Assembly: GCA_030390025.1 (NCBI GenBank)
Contig: CM059432.1
Span: 32,366,001-32,430,000, forward strand
Source: Squalus acanthias
Lineage: Eukaryota
Direction: 5' to 3'
DNA: 64,000 nucleotides
The translations under genes were made by a program, and so were the position numbers. A model generated the notes under the pieces. That model saw nothing but the letters and a program-made list of their open reading frames with translations. It had not been told where the DNA came from and made no database searches. Below are positions 62,650-64,000 of the stretch, piece after piece (the first letter of the stretch is position 1; each line of letters opens with the position of its first letter).

Positions 62650-64000
62650 GGGGTAGAAATTAGGTCGCGTCCCATTTGGGGCGCAAATATCGTCCGAGCG
62701 CAAATATTAGCGCCTGGCGCTAATTATCGGCACTGACAGGAAACTTCACTTTTACTGCCCCGGGAGGTGAGTGTGAGCGCTAAATTAGGCGCTGCACACC
62801 TCTCTTAAGGCGCAAGGCCTAGGAGTGAGGCCTACCTCAGCGCACGAGCGCAGCGCAGCTGCTGCCAGTTAGCGAGGGAACACAGACACACTGGCGCCGG
62901 ACACTTCTTAAAGCGGGGGGGCCACTTGCTCCCAGCCACACCCTGCTCATTGCAGCCTTGAATCTCAGCCTGGAGAGACCTGTAATCCATTTTGCTGCCA
63001 AGCATGGAGAGGGTGAGAAAACGCGCTCATCGCTTCACCGAGCGGGCCTTGGATGCTCTGGTTGACGCAGTGGAGCGCAGACGATGCATGCTGTTCCCGG
63101 AGAGTGGCAGGAGGCCTTTGCCACGCGAGTTCAGAAGAGTGTGGAGGGAGGTGGCTCAGAGCGTCTCCTCCAGGAGCATGGTGCCCAGGACCCATGTGCA
63201 GTGCCGCAAAAAGTTCAACGACCTCACTCGGGTCGTCAGGGTGAGTGGCTTTTTCTCAATACCTCTCCATCCCTCCATCTCAACCTCACTCTATGGCCAG
63301 AGGGTCTTAAAACCCCAATGCACAACACTCATCCAACACCTATGGCCCTTTCATCAAACACACACACACATTCACACTTTGCATACAGTAAGGGCTATTC
63401 ACCTATGGGAGGCACATCAGGCAAGACCATGGCTGCATATTGTAAGGGCTATTCACCTATGGGAGGCACATCAGGCAAGACCATGGCTGCATATTGTAAG
63501 GGCTATTCACCTATGGGAGGCACATCAGGCAAGACCATGGCTGTATATTTACTCAGATGCTGTCCTTTTTCTTGCAGGCTAAGCTGGCTCATAATCGGAG
63601 ACAGCAGCAACGGACGGGTGGAGGGCGGCTTCAGCTGCAACCCCTCAGCGATCTGGAGGAGCGCGTCCACAGGATTGTGGCAAGCCGGTGATCGGTCCCG
63701 TCGCCACTGGGGACGCCGACCCCGTTGTGGACAGCAATGGTAAGGTCATCACCTTTTTGTCCTCTGTCCTTCCACTTGTCCCTCACAATACCAGCCTTTG
63801 ACACTTTCAATCCAACTTGCTAACTCGCTGCACTTATTCCTCCCTTACTGCCACCCTGTCCTCACGCTAAAGCCACTCTTGTACCTCCCTGCTTTCAGAT
63901 GGTGATTCACCAGCTGAGAGGACGGGCCTGAAGCTGCCACTGGGAGTGATGCTGCAGCTGAGGAGGAAGAGGAAGCCGGAGCATCAGTGCCACCCTCTCC
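62650..64000 (+). mobile_element. Second PIF/Harbinger element (runs off window) with Myb/SANT-like gene: exons 63004-63240, 63578-63739, 63899->
   Basis: TTA then GGGGTAGAAATT TIR; GCGC-rich subterminal repeats; RFTERALDALV...QCRKKFNDLTRVVR; same intron positions as first copy; frameshifts in exons 2 and 3. Confidence 0.85.
63381..63545 (+). repeat. 54-bp tandem repeat x3 in intron 1 of the Harbinger Myb-like gene
   Basis: GTAAGGGCTATTCACCTATGGGAGGCACATCAGGCAAGACCATGGCTG starts at 63388, 63442, 63496. Confidence 0.95.

Noticed and set aside
63381..63545. Direct repeats considered as a CRISPR-like array or protein repeat (HIVRAIHLWEAHQARPWL)
   Set aside because: Contiguous tandem units with no spacers, located inside a GT-AG intron of a eukaryotic transposon gene

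Overview
Vertebrate genomic DNA, most likely a shark or other cartilaginous fish (inferred from HE1-like and SacSINE1/DeuSINE-like SINEs and the CR1 families). It contains: (i) the four coding exons of an intact CSRNP1 gene (+ strand, 2379-12965, 603 aa by splicing) with a probable long AU/Pumilio-rich 3' UTR to about 17.8 kb; (ii) three internal exons of a convergent chymotrypsin-like elastase-family protease gene (- strand, 53042-59447) whose GDSGG exon carries a frameshift; (iii) a dense, nested transposon landscape. That landscape includes a near-intact full-length CR1 LINE inside an inverted Penelope-like element with hammerhead-ribozyme-like motifs, two PIF/Harbinger elements (transposase plus spliced Myb/SANT-like gene), a 1.7-kb TG...CA solo-LTR-like insertion with a 4-bp TSD, an apparently ORF1-less LINE with a tRNA-like head and bipartite derivatives, L2 fragments, a young TA-flanked MITE, SINEs and minisatellites. 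I cannot demonstrate a wholly new biological system from sequence alone. The best leads are the Penelope/hammerhead palindrome, the long solo LTR, the tRNA-headed LINE family and the frameshifted protease. Repeat boundaries without a stated TSD or TIR are approximate.
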